Origin: Epiperipatus broadwayi
Lineage: Eukaryota; Animalia; Onychophora
Direction of reading: 5' to 3'
Assembly (NCBI GenBank): GCA_028023455.1
Contig: JAQFVV010000005.1
Coordinates: 10,540,001-10,604,000, forward strand
DNA length: 64,000 nt
Position 1 is the first letter of the stretch; every line of letters begins with the position of its first letter. The notes below the pieces were generated by a model that was not told the origin of the DNA, did not search any database, and was given only the letters and a program-made list of their open reading frames with translations. Shown one piece after another: positions 1 to 13,300 of the stretch. A program made the translations under genes and the position numbers.

Positions 1-160
1 AAACATCCATGCCATTAATAGAAAGGACACTTGCTTCGAGATCTCGAAGAAATGGGCTATGTAATACTAGCTTATTTGAATATTTGTATTTGCATATTTT
101 ATTATACATTTTATGATGGCTATGAATATGAGGCATGGATCCTCGAAAACGTTAAGCTGA
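1..160 (+). mobile_element. 3' end of a Penelope-like element (GIY-YIG C-terminus followed by a degenerate hammerhead)
   Basis: The frame from nt 2 reads NIHAINRKDTCFEISKKWAM*, resembling the PLE C-terminal 'INR.....E.S..W' tail. A hammerhead-shaped motif follows at 117-159. Confidence 0.55.
117..159 (+). ncRNA. Degenerate minimal type I hammerhead (PLE type)
   Basis: TGGCT-ATGAATA-T-GAGG-catggat-CCTC-GAAA-ACG-TT-A-AGCTG. Stem I is TGGCT/AGCTG, stem II is GAGG/CCTC, stem III is the palindrome AACGTT, and the triplet is UUA. The core has two mismatches to CTGANGA. Confidence 0.5.
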
Positions 161-1649
161 TAAACTTTAATACTAATTAATATCTTCTCTAATTAACAAG
201 TTATAATTAAATTCTAAGATTTATTAACACACGTATACATATCTCAATATCTTAAGCATACAACTCATTCATTCCGATACACACATATATATAAGATTAA
301 TATACATATTAACGAAAGAGTGCAATTACATGTCAGAGTTGGTTCATCAAATGATTTAAGAAATTCTTAATTACTTTCTTTAACTTGGAATAACACATTT
401 CTTAATCTATTACTAAATGTTCATTGAACATACATTGAGAAAAGGTCAAGGTTACCTCGGTTAAGAGTGAATGTTCACATGGTCAAGGCTAATGATCTGT
501 AAGCTTACAGTCTTGAAAGGATGCTGGTTTTAGTGAGAGTTGATCTGAACAATGATGACAGACTCCGAAATATCTTACACAAAATAATCCATCTTAGAGG
601 TTAAGTAGATGATTTTTTACTTGTTGTGGGAGGTTCTAGCTGTTTGGAGTTCCTTGGCCATTACACTTGATTGAATAAACAGCAAATCTCTATAAAGTTC
701 AGGCAAGTCCCACAATAGCTGTACACTGAGCCAGTCTAACAAACCGGTACGATTATATTTACCCCTGCATTTCGATGGAGTATACTAATAAATTTTTATT
801 AATTAAAATAATAACGTTAATATGTTTTACTTTCCCGTTTCTTTCTTATTACTGTATCTTTTTGAATTCCCGACTAAATCACTAAAAATATATATATATA
901 TAGTTCTTTAATGTTCTTTCACCTCACCTTTCTTTCATCTATTCATGCACTGATGACCAGATCTCAAGAATGCTTTTAGCTTCCATTGTTCTAAAATACT
1001 AATTTGACCAGTTCTTATAATTCCGGTGGACAGAGTCATTAACTGAAACCACCCGCAGCACAACTTTCAATTCTATTTATTACTCTCCAGCCTTATATGT
1101 TTAATGGGTTTTCATTAAGAAATGTGCTACCACTGACATTATTTAAATCTATAGCTTACATCAATAAACAACAAAATATATATATAAACACATAAAAAAA
1201 TAACTGCACATAATCGCTTCTCTACATCCTCATAAATAACACATACAACAAATATATATATATATACGTATACATTCATGCCTTTAACTGGTTAACGTAT
1301 TCCATTCATACTCTTGGAACAGGGTTTGAATGACTAATTTTTCCCACGTCTACCTATTTAATTAATATCAACACTCCCAATTAACACTTTATAATTATTA
1401 TTACCCTTTACTCACTTTAGCACCCATATTCGAACCCAGCTACTGTTACATACCTGGTGCAATAGCCTTCAAATACTCTCTGTATTTGAATGTCTTCTTA
1501 AACACCTTATCTTTTATCGTACCACCTTTCTGCTTCGGTGGCCACAGCCGGTCCCTTGATCATAATTTGACTTGTCTGGTGGACGTCAAACTTCTGGCTC
1601 ATACTGCCATCTCGGTCTGTAACTATCGTCACCTCTTTTTCTATATGTT

Positions 1650-1951
1650 GCATGCCCATCAGAATGTCCTTCCACCATCTACTCCGACTGCTGGAAAGGT
1701 TATAAAACATCTGATCTGGAAGCAGCAGGAGTTAAACATCTGTGTAAACCACTGCTACAACTTTGTGGATCCTAACACAGGTACGCCTACCCAAAGCATT
1801 GAGTGTTCATGGGGCTGCCTCAAATCCCAAAAGAGAAAACAGTGTGAGACACACAGGTGATGCATGGATGATTACTTGTGTGAGTTCCTTTGGCGACATC
1901 TTCACAAGGGTGAAGATGTTTTTAGTGCGATCTTGTTTGAGATGCAACTAA
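1650..1951 (+). pseudogene. Merlin / IS1595 (ISXO2-like) DDE transposase, C-terminal fragment
   Basis: Reads TIYSDCWKGY, then after a frameshift VNHCYNFVDPNTGTPTQSIECSW, then after a stop DYLCEFLW. These match the ISXO2/Merlin motifs SD.WKGY, VNH..NFVDP.TG..TQ.IE..W and YL.EF.W. Confidence 0.8.
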
Positions 1952-4900
1952 TTACAAAGTAATTGTTGACTGTTCAATTTTTTTTTGTTAATATGTTCTC
2001 CTAGTTCAATAACCAGTTATAGTGTTATTTTGTTATTGATGTTTCCTCGCTCAAACATGTGTTTTTGACAAGTTTTCTTGTCACAGACAATGTTTTTTTT
2101 TTCCAAATAGACCAAGAAAGAAGAACATGTAGGTGAGTTTTTTTATTTGTATATTAATTATTATACCAATTTATTTAATGATTTAGGAATATATTTTATC
2201 CAAATGTTTTACTATTTTATACAAACAGCATTATTTTGTATAAGGACGTTATATCCGTTATAGAAATATATACTCAAACAAAAACAACAGTTTCTGAGTA
2301 TTAATTACTGTCACACAAAAAATAAATTATTCGTATAATAAATCTAAATGTAGTATATAAATTTAAGGTTACTTTAAACAGATTCACACTATTAAAAACA
2401 ACCCATTACTTTTAATTTTTTAAAAAAAAAAGTTCATGGGGAATATTTTTAAATTGTACTATTTAAATAACGTTACCTTTTTATATTTGTGAGTTTTAAT
2501 TACTGTAAAAAAAAAAAATCATAGTAATCGGATATCAATTGTAATATATAAATTACATTACTTTTTATATATTTATAATTACGTATTGCTTTTTAATAAA
2601 ATTATTTATTTACCCTTAAAAATGCAGTAACTTTAAAAAAACACACATAAACTAAAAAAAAATTAGAAAAACACTGTAACTTTAAAGACATACACACAAA
2701 CTAAAAAAACAATATAAGATTAATAAACATTTACAAAAACGAGACTGACAAATGTTTGAAGGAAGCAGATGAATTCATGTGATGCTTTGATATATACTAA
2801 CCTTAATAAGAAAAATTGTAATTCTTATTATAGTACTATATTTTAGTTATTTCTTACCAAAGATTTTAAATCAATGGAATTTTGGATTCTGAAAAACTAT
2901 GTAACTGATCATGTATTAAAACAAATTTGGAGATATACAACTTTTACCAACATCTAACTATGTGATTGTTTATAATCATACAGTATGAAAATCACAATGA
3001 TAATTGTTTCTAAATTAAAAAAGTAAGTTTATATTTGATGGAATTAAAATTATATAAAAAATAAACCCTTTTTTTTAGAATATATAAGTTATAATTCTAG
3101 TATTAGTAAGGCAACAGCTTTCTAAACATCAATCTTATTATATTAAATAGATTTTATTTAGGACTCAAATTCCAAATTAATATTGTAATTTCTTATTAAC
3201 TAAATAAAATTTGTGCAATATCATATTATTTATAAGCATTACATTAAGTAGAAAGTTATGAGAATATGGGTTCTGATTTTCTTCAGCAGTGTTAAGATGA
3301 AGAATAGAATAATATTGAAATTATTCATGGTTTTAATAGTTAAGATGAATTTATCCTACTTTCTCAATAAGAACATAAATATTTTTTACTTATATATATA
3401 TTGTCACCTTTGTGATCTTAATTTTGGAAAATTTTCCAAAACTTTTATTATCAAATACAAGATTATTCTAACTTTTAGTGCAAATAATGTTTGAATAATG
3501 CTCAGTACCATATTAATTTAAATGTAGATTTGAAATTAGTCATTTAATTTCATTAATAAATATATCTTAAGGATTATATGTTAATTAATTATTAAATACA
3601 TTTATATATATATATACATATTCTAATAAGTTTAACAAGCCTGTAAACAAATTGTGGCTAATCAAATATAATATAATGTTGATAATATAAATGTATTCAT
3701 GGAACAACCAAATCCAAAAATGTGGTTATGATCATTCACAAATTAGAATTCCAAAGAATTATTTAAATAAACTTTCAAATAATACTTTCTTGTATTAGTA
3801 TAAATCCATTTGTCAAATAAAAAATGATTTTTTTTTCTCTAATAAATAGATTGACATTCAAATATATTTAAATGATTTTTGGCAATATGACATGAATTTT
3901 TGAATTTAGCTGTTCCATGAATTGGTTTATATATATTGTGCCCTTTTGTATGGGTCTCCATAAATTGTTGTATCAATCTGTTTAAAAAAATTTTAAATTC
4001 TAAGATATATTTAGTTATATGATGTTAATTTTGTTAATAACAATCTTTCAAAAAGTGTAGTTAAAGTAATTTATGAGTGTTTGATATGTGAAAATTGTGC
4101 TGATGTTTGAGAGAGACGTTTCAATAAAGATGATAATAGTATGTGGTTGGGAAAACTGGCCATAATTAATACTGCATTAATAAATTTAATAAATAAATGT
4201 TTAAAACTAAAAGTTTTTAAAAAGACAAGTTAAAATTAAATGCATATATTTATTGTTGATAAAGATTAATATTTAATAGGTGTATATAAATATTTTAATT
4301 ATTAGTAGTACATAATAGAAGATTAATATTTGATTTTAATAATATCGAATTATTATTTTAAAAGTTGTTATAATATATTGTTTATTTTAAAAAATATTTA
4401 TTTTTAAAAAATGAAATTGTTAGTTTATTTTTAGATTATTACAGGCGTTTGTATCTGTGTTGTAAAACAGATGTTAGTTAGACACATACACACATGCTTG
4501 TGAGTTTTTAGTAAAGTTGCCAAAACTATTTTAAAATTCTATTATAAAAATTATAAGTATTATATTGACTATCACGAGATAAAAATAAAGATAATTAATG
4601 TAAAACATTAAATCTGATTTTTAAAATGCTGCTTTTTAAAAAAAAAAACATAACGAATAAAAATAGACTTAGTTTGTTTATAAAAATAATATTATAAAAG
4701 TTAAAAGTGAAATAAAGTAAGAAAGTATATTTTAACAAATGTTTAATAGATTTAAATAAATGATAAAGATTAATTTAATTTAATAATGTAATAAATAATA
4801 AATATTAAATAAGTCATTATTTATTTTTAATTCTGTATTGTTGGTAAAATATGTAAATAAGCTAGCAAGTTGATTGTTTAATTTACCAATCAAGTGGGAG

Positions 4901-7900
4901 GTTTATTCCGGTATAAAACCAAGGTTCAATTGTTCGGGGGGATTATGATTGTAATTTTTAAAAGTAAAGTGTGCTATTAGAGATAGCTAAGTAAAATTAT
5001 AGATGCTCTCGTAGTCATTTTAAAAATTATAAGAGAGTGGTTTTAAATAATTTATAAAAATTTTATCGTCAAATATGCAGTGCTAATTTAATTATAATTT
5101 CCTATTGATCGTCTCTATTGAAGCTCAATTTACTATCAAATAGTCATGAAGACATCGTATAAGGATAAAATGTATTGGAGACTTTATACTAAAAATATAA
5201 CAAACGCTGGATTAACCAGGAGAATTACTAGATGGATAAAAGTAATATGTAGGACATTATATAAATTTAAAAGTTAATTGTAATTAATTTTTATAAAGAC
5301 AAATATTTTAAAGAAAGAGAAATACTTCTTTATGAAGAAAGTATATGTAAGTTATAAATTTAAGTATATATCTTGGTAAAGATATGGTAAATAATAATGA
5401 TTATATAAATACTTGCCTTGTAAAGTCTTTGTGGTTTAAAAGACTAAATTTTGACAGTTTTAAAAGGCAAATAAATTGAAAGTTTAATTGGCCAAGAAAT
5501 ACCTATAAGTAAAATTATTATATTATTAAAGTCTGAACGCTGGTCGTACAGAAGAATTTAAAAAAATTAATCTTACCTAAATTATTTTGTTAAGGAATGC
5601 GCAAATAAAATATACGTGGATATCCAAGTCAATTAGAATAATTAAATAAGAATTTATAAACTATTGACTAATTCTAAAAAAAATAATAACTTTAAATAAT
5701 TTTTTCTTTAAAGAAGTGAATCCGGATCCTATAAACTATTTTAATTTTATTTTGTTTATGGTGGAACTGACTTTTATTTTTATTTTTTTTTTAAAAAAGA
5801 ACGTTTTCATTTCTTATAAAAACTTTTAAAAACACGTGATGTACCGGAAAAGGAAGTAATGTTTGGTGAAAGTTTGTGCCTAGGAAAAAGAACAATTATG
5901 GGTGAAAGAAGACACCGTTGGATTTTATGTAATATGTTTTATTTATTAACTAACATAAATATTTAATTAATTATTGATTTGTAAAGATAGGAAAGGTACA
6001 TTTACATTTTAAAAAAATAACTAAATATTAATATAACATTTCATTGCATAAAGTTTATTTTTTATAATTATACGACACGTAATATTTTAAAGAATAATTG
6101 TTGAGTGTAAATGTGAAATTATTTTGTAAAACTATAATCCTGGAGGACATCGTATGGCGGACTGTACATTAGAGTATCATTTATGGTAAAAATTATATAA
6201 TAATAATAATTTAATGTATTTTGATATGTTTTTCTTTAGATCAACCAAATATTATTTGATTGTTGAATGAATGTATAAATATTTAAATAATATACACACA
6301 TAAGATTAGTAATAACAGTTTTATTTTAATATGCATACTTTGAATTTATGATGTAAATTTAATACAACGTAATATGAGAAATCTAGAAACAATTATATGA
6401 TTCTTTCGTGGATAAATTTTAATGTTTCTGTTACAATATTAGGAATGAGATTTATTATATTAGTATAAGTTATTTATTTTTTCTTTTCAAGTTAGTAAGA
6501 GATATAAAAATCTATATTTTTATTATATTTTATTAGATAAGTTAAGTTAATTTTACATAGAAGTTTATATTTTGATTGACGGTTTATCGGATATAGATGA
6601 TGAGGTATAAGAGAGTTTGAATAATTATTGGTCATCTGTTTTTTCTGAAGTTGAATAAGGTTAAAACAATATTTTAGATAGAAGTTTATTAGGAAGAAAT
6701 AGGAATAACAAGTTAAGAAGAGTAATAGTTTAAATAGAAAAGAATCATAGAATTTTATTTAATATAATACATTATAAAATCGGTAATTGTTGAATAATTT
6801 TAAAGATTATTTTAAAAGAACATACGTATTGCATATTTTGGTAAGACATGTAGTATGAAATTACATTAGAATGAAATAAATAATTATAATCAATAATTAT
6901 TATTATATCACAAAGTTATATCAATTTATACATTATTTGACATTGGAGTGATGCTAATAGTAAATGTAATACATATTAGTACATTATAATATAAATAGCA
7001 GAAATACTTAGGTGAAGTAGCATTTTAATTGTTAATGTTTGTTTATTTACATGTGCTACAATTTTAGGATATCTTACATAAAATTTTCTTGTATTAATTG
7101 ATGACAAAATGATATCTATTAAAATTTAAGTTCATCAACTTAATTAAATGTTGTTGATAAAACAGTTAAAGAATGTATAAATTATTTATTTATGATTATG
7201 GAAATAGTAACAGTGTAAAAAAAAACTTGTATTATTATTTTTCTTATATTTTTATTTTCTTTGGTTTCCATTTTTAATGTAAATAGTGTAAATAAGTTAT
7301 TGGTTAAAGTTGATGTAAATAAATTTGTTAAGTTGTTTTAAAATGTGTCGAATTCATTATTTTACACCACAGCATTTGACAACAGATAATTTGAATAAAT
7401 ATAATATATTTGCACAATATGAATTTATTATTATTATTATTTAAAAAGAAACACAATATTTTCTTAATATAATTTATAGAAATTGATTGACATTAACATA
7501 TAATATTATGATGGTCAGAAAGTAATTATAATGCACAATATAAGAGTATAATATTATTTATTGCCACAGATAGTTAAATTATGAGAATTTAATATATTTT
7601 AAAATTAAGATGCTATATGGAAATGAAAGACATGTATATGATTTACTTATTGTCTTAATGATTAATAGTATAATAAAAATAGATAAGATTAAGTTATACA
7701 CTAAAGATTATTCTTGTTAGTTAATGTTATTGGAGTAAGTTAGGTGTATTTAGGTTTGATATTAAATCCCTTATCATTCCTATCTGCATGAATTATTATT
7801 ACTTTAGGATAATTTGAAGAACCTGAGATTATTTAATTATATGTCCTTAACAAAAGATTGTGACTTATTTATCTATTATTATGAAAGGTAGTTAATTTAT

Positions 7901-8699
7901 AAAAGACATAAGAGTGCTGTAGATGTAGTAATGAAATAATAAAGATGTAATTAGTATTCTTATGCCATTGAGATAATGTCTTGGGAAGACATTGGCTCAA
8001 TGTAAATTCAATTACCAATTGTAACTTCACTTCACAGTCTCATGATTTTAGTAAATACTTATTTAATTAGTAGATGATATTGAACTATATTAATTTTTGA
8101 TAAGTTATGATAAATTTGATAAGATATAGTATTATAAAAATATATTAAAGATAGTTATACATATTTTAGTTAAGCATAACGATTTAATTGAGCTAGCCAT
8201 ATTTAAGTTATATCATATATCGAGAAGTGAGGGTACAATATATTCCCTTATATTTAATTAATTCCTTTAAATCAGGGCTACAATCTCTCTCTTACATGAT
8301 CACTTACATTACCTATAAAAATAAATAAAAAAAGGATTTGAACGGTTTAATTTTTTTAAAAGGCAAATAATAATTGGGTAACAAATTAAAAAAGTAAATT
8401 TGAAAGAATTTTAAAATATGAGTTGAAAATAAAATTAATTATTTTCGAAGATTTATTAAATGTTAATCAAAAAAATAAAGTGAATACAGTCAGTGAAAGA
8501 GTATTGTAAAGGTTGTTATGAACATTTTGATTGTTGTCAGTCGTTAGCCAACAAAAGAAAAAAATTTAAAAAGCTTGCCAATTTGTTTAGCTCTCAAATT
8601 AGTATTGTGGAGATTATTTTTATTCAATTGGATTCATATGGTACAGTATAGGTCCATTTGGGTATTGGCTTCATTTTTCTTTTGTATTGCTGTATGATG

Positions 8700-8940
8700 T
8701 CTTAATGATGAAAACATCTGTATCTACCATTGTTGGATTTTATTTGCTTTGCTGTAACAAAATACATTATTTATAAAATAAAATAAAAAATAGAAATAAA
8801 AGAAAAAATAAATTTATAAGAGGAATGTACTAAAGAAGAGGAACATGCTCACATATTAAGTATTTATTGAAGCATGACTAAAAGACATCTATTTGTAGTC
8901 TGAAAAATCTAGTTTTGCCATTTATATTTTAAGCCATACT
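8700..8940 (+). repeat. Block A of an old local duplication (partner ~18975-19175)
   Basis: Shares same-orientation motifs with the partner: 'taccattg...ctgtaacaaaata' and 'gctcacatattaa...aagcatgactaaaaga.a..t.tt.t.gtct.aaaaatct'. Confidence 0.6.
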
Positions 8941-9069
8941 GACATTTATTATTGTAAATGTAAAAAAAAGGTTTCATGCCGAACGATTATCAATGGCTCT
9001 CTGACTAAATTGAAATAATAAAAATATATATGCTCTCTGACTGAATTGAAATAATAAAAATATATATTT

Positions 9070-9480
9070 TAATTTTAGCGCACGCGTTTTGCCTATGCGA
9101 CTCACATGTAAATGGAAACCATGATTCAATTTAATTTACTAATTATTTTGTACAACAAAAGTACATTCGATCTTTGCTATTTTCAAAAAAGATAACTAAG
9201 TGGGATGGAATTTTTTCACCAGGAAGATTAATTTTGATGATTTTTTTTTCTTACAGTCAATTGACCTTTGATACTTTTGTATTCAACTGCTTGTTTAGAG
9301 TAAATTTATATTTAGACAGAATATTATATAGATTAATTAATTTGAAAAACTTCTATTTGTAATTATATAATAATATATTTTAAGTTTTGGTGTCTACTTG
9401 AAAAACAAAGTTTATAATTAATGAAAGTTGGGTTAATGCGTGAACGAAGTCCGCGCGAGACTTTATAATATCGTTCGTAT
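9070..9480 (+). mobile_element. Possible non-autonomous Helitron/Helentron-like element
   Basis: CpG-rich left end 'ttttagcgcacgcg' and a right-end GC-rich hairpin with a GAA loop (tgcgtgaac-gaa-gtccgcgcg, ~9437-9457). Termini are not confirmed. Confidence 0.3.
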
Positions 9481-10054
9481 TCCAAGAAGTTAAAAATTGT
9501 TTTTTTTTTCCTTTTAAATGTCTGCTGCATAATTAGAACAAATTTCTCATAGAGAAAAATTTCAAATGTCCAAAAATTAGTTTCTTTGAAACATCAAGTT
9601 CATTAATCAGCTTTTTAAATTAAACCGTTAAAAGCTGAATGTGCTTTGCCTATTCTGAATTACTGTCCTTTTATAGACAATTTTGTAAACAATACACATT
9701 TTTTTAAAGCGCCAATGAGATTAATTTTCTCCATGCCAATGAAAATTTTAAACATGTCTTTCGAATGCAATATAATTTAACAAAACATACTTTTCACATA
9801 TGATCCTATGTATTTTAAAATATTGAATGACCGATAGTATAAGATCTGGTTATAATGGGCTTTAAAAGTATATAATATATACTCTTGAAGTCCATTATAA
9901 CGACCAATTTTGATACTATATATAATAAGATTAGTATAATCACGTCAGTATGCGGAATAATGTAACATAGGTTTAGCAGTGCACCACTAAAAGGTTCTTA
10001 ACCCCTGACTTAATTTCATTTTATTGATTATGTATCTATAAATATAAAAGAAAT

Positions 10055-10300
10055 TAAATTGTTTTATATTTTTTGTTGTAAAGAAATTAATTTTTATTAA
10101 GCATCGTTTCTCATCTGAAAGACAAGTAGTGTACATCTAAGAGTAAAATATATTTTGATCTAGAAGTTGTGATAGGGTTAAGTTAAGTGCTTAACTATTA
10201 GAGTAATAATATATATGTGGGATGGATGATGAGCAAATATGGCTAAGTCTTTGTTGAGACTTGTATTTGATATAAATTTAGTTTGGTCATTATCTATGGC
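10055..10300 (+). repeat. Block B of an old local duplication (partner ~19560-19915)
   Basis: Shares 'aaattgttttatattttttgtt', 'tttctcatct..agacaa', 'acatctaaga', 'ttttgatctag', 'gagacttgtatttgat' and 'tggtca' in the same order and orientation. Confidence 0.65.
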
Positions 10301-13300
10301 TACAATGAAATAGTGTTAAATTTTAAGTTATACTCATTCCACTTTTTATATGGTCGCCTCATTTGGGGACTTTTTGAAATGATTTCAAACCAACACAAAT
10401 AGGGATTAAACCCAACTCGATTTTAAGGTATTTTTTTTATTCAAAAATTAATTTATTGAAACATATTAAAATATGTATGGTTCATGAGTATATTGATGTT
10501 TGGTAATATTTTTAAAAAAAGCTTAAAAAGGTAAGATTTAAAGATAGTTCAAAAGACACAGTTTAGTTTTCCTTTTTTTAGTTAGTATGATTTATTTTTA
10601 GATAATGTGCAATGAAAGTTATTTTTGTTTCAAATTATCTATTTAATTTAATTAAAGTTAAAATGGGAGGGAATAAAAGAGACATGCAGATTACTAATCC
10701 AGATAAACAAAGAAATTCCAAACGTAAAAGAAAGTCTATGGTAATTAAAGATGGCCAAAGCAATTCATAAAAAAAACTTTGTACCCCAAAAATAAGAAAG
10801 AATGTACAAGATTACTAACATATTTTGATAACAAAAGGTAATATATGTGCAGAAGTCTAAAAACATCCATGGCTATAAAAAGGGCCGAAAAACTTCAAAC
10901 TAGGTCTTGTTCTTTCAGTTGAAGGTTACAGTGAAAGCCCTGGGTAATAAAATGCATCTTCCCAGGAATACTACACCTGCTGAACAAAGTCTTCATGTGG
11001 GATGGAAATGGAATGTTGCGGACACCCTCATTCATAGAGTTCACCCCAAAAGAGCTTTCAAGTACAGCCTTAAAACAGACCAGGAATGTGAAAATGTCAA
11101 CAAAAGAAATCAGTTAACTTTTAATGAACTCTGGATCCCAAGAAATACATGTATACTACAAGAATCTACACAAACTTACCAGTAAACCAAGATTATTCAT
11201 ACCCGAATTTGGGACAAAAAAATGTTTGCAAACTAATATTAACTCTAAGTTTATAATACTGATAGAGACATTAGTTTTTATTATTAAAGGAACTTTCTAG
11301 AAGATAAGAACTCTGTGAATTAATCATTTTAATTATTTGATCAATGTTATTATCTGGATTAGTGTGTATGTGCTTTCCAATTTTATTTAATAATTTATTG
11401 TTTAAACATTTTAATTTGTTATAATAAAATATCTTTAATATCAACTTTTCATTGTACATTATTAATGTTAGTTTATTAGATTTATTGTTATTTAATTGCA
11501 TAAGAAATGTATAAATTACCTTTGCCAATGTGCTTAAGAAAATTCCTAAGAAAACTCATATAACATTAATTGAATACAAAACATAATTCCTTATCTTTTA
11601 ATAATTTGTTTTGTAAGTTACGATATGCTTCACGCAGAATCAATGAGTCTCTGACTCTGGCACCCTCAAATAAAAAACTGATTTTGCTGGCAATTTAAAA
11701 TTATAACTAATATAGGGCTAGTTAATCAGGAAATATAACTATGTTCTTGAAATGTCCAGACTCATAAATGTTTGGAATATATTTTCGTTTTCTAGTTTGA
11801 TTAACTTGAATTTTCTAGTGCATAAAAGGCCTAAATCCAACCATGAACACTAAATTATACTGTGAATGGTACAATATATATATATATATCATTTTGGGGC
11901 ATATGAGTCATGACTACTGGTAAAAAAAAAAGTTAATTAAATATATCAAGTGACAAGTAAATATTTGATAGTACTGGTCAGAATTGTATGTTCGTCCAAC
12001 AAGAGCTAGCTAGCATCTAGGCAAAAGTACCTCGAGTCCAATCATATGCAAGATACGTAAGTCAGGAATAATCATGAATCTGCCCTATTGCCTAATTTCC
12101 AAATCTATAACATTACGAACAACATTTCTGATGATAGCAAATGAAATTATCTTAATTCCTGTCTCAGAGCATCAGCAAAGAAACAAGAGATCTATATGAA
12201 AATGGTTAACCTGGCCTGTAAAACCCCTCCCCCCCTTTTATAAGATGATTTACCTTATAACTATTTTAATTTTACAAATGTCATAGACTAGCTTAAGGAC
12301 AAGTGGACTCTATCATATATGATGCAATACAATCGCAGATGTGCACACATGAAAGGAACAAAATATGACCAAAGAATAATTTATTAAATTGTTAATTTAT
12401 TTATAGTAATAATAATTGATTAGCATTTTGGGTAAACAAATATGGAGAATATACAAGAAATATACTACGAGTCTATTAACACATTTAATACTATCTGGGT
12501 TTCACATAATGATCGGTAGTGATTTGCGCATTCCATAAATGAAACATTGGAACAGATTAATGATTAACGAATACGCAAATACCAGGCACAAATATGAATA
12601 AAATCAATACATAATCAAAACGATGCAGCTTAATACATTAATGAAAGATATCAGATTTACAAGGCTTTTCTTCTGAACGCCATGATCTATTTAATAAAAA
12701 CAAAATGATCTGACGAATTTCAAATGAATGTAATTTGGTTTTATTACAGTTTATCATAACGGCATATTAAAATATAAATTACAAAATGAATACCGTCTTT
12801 AACGATTTTCATTGATGATTTAAGAAGAAAACATTTATTTGTGCATTTGGTTACGTTATTAGATTTCAGTAGGGTTTACTGAAAGTTATTTCTCAGCACA
12901 TCTAAAGATCATTTAATGAGAGGGCGGATAGCTTAAATAAGCTTTAAAACGTGACATTTCTAACCTATAAAATATAAATAAATGAAAGATTGGGATGGTT
13001 TATAAAATCATAGCATTACGACTTATAGACTGATAATGGGGAATGTAAAATATTAATAATGGCAGTGCTGACCGATATGATAATGCCAGAAAGGATGAGA
13101 AGCTTCATCAATTTTTTATAAGAAATGAAATTGCCTGTGCACGTGACAGGTCAGCATTTGAAAAGGTGGTCTCATAGGATTGCATAGTCTGGAATACTTC
13201 CAGTGTTAACCTATGTAGAGCCTAAATGATAACCTGACACTATCCTGGAGCCGGTGCACCAAGCACCATTCATGGATATGCCATTACGAAATAATCCGGA

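Noticed and set aside
940-975. Isolated CTGATGA matches (950; also ~15104, ~19980, ~41511, ~51278)
   Set aside because: None has a stem II, GAAA, stem III and NUH in the right arrangement.
3650-8300. Possible very old PLE (3650-4250, minus) and Gypsy (4400-6200, plus) remnants
   Set aside because: Only vague motif echoes are visible, which is too degraded to support a call by eye.
10907-11185. 92-aa ORF with elevated GC
   Set aside because: No recognisable motif or exon boundaries. It may be a transposon or exon relic but cannot be supported.
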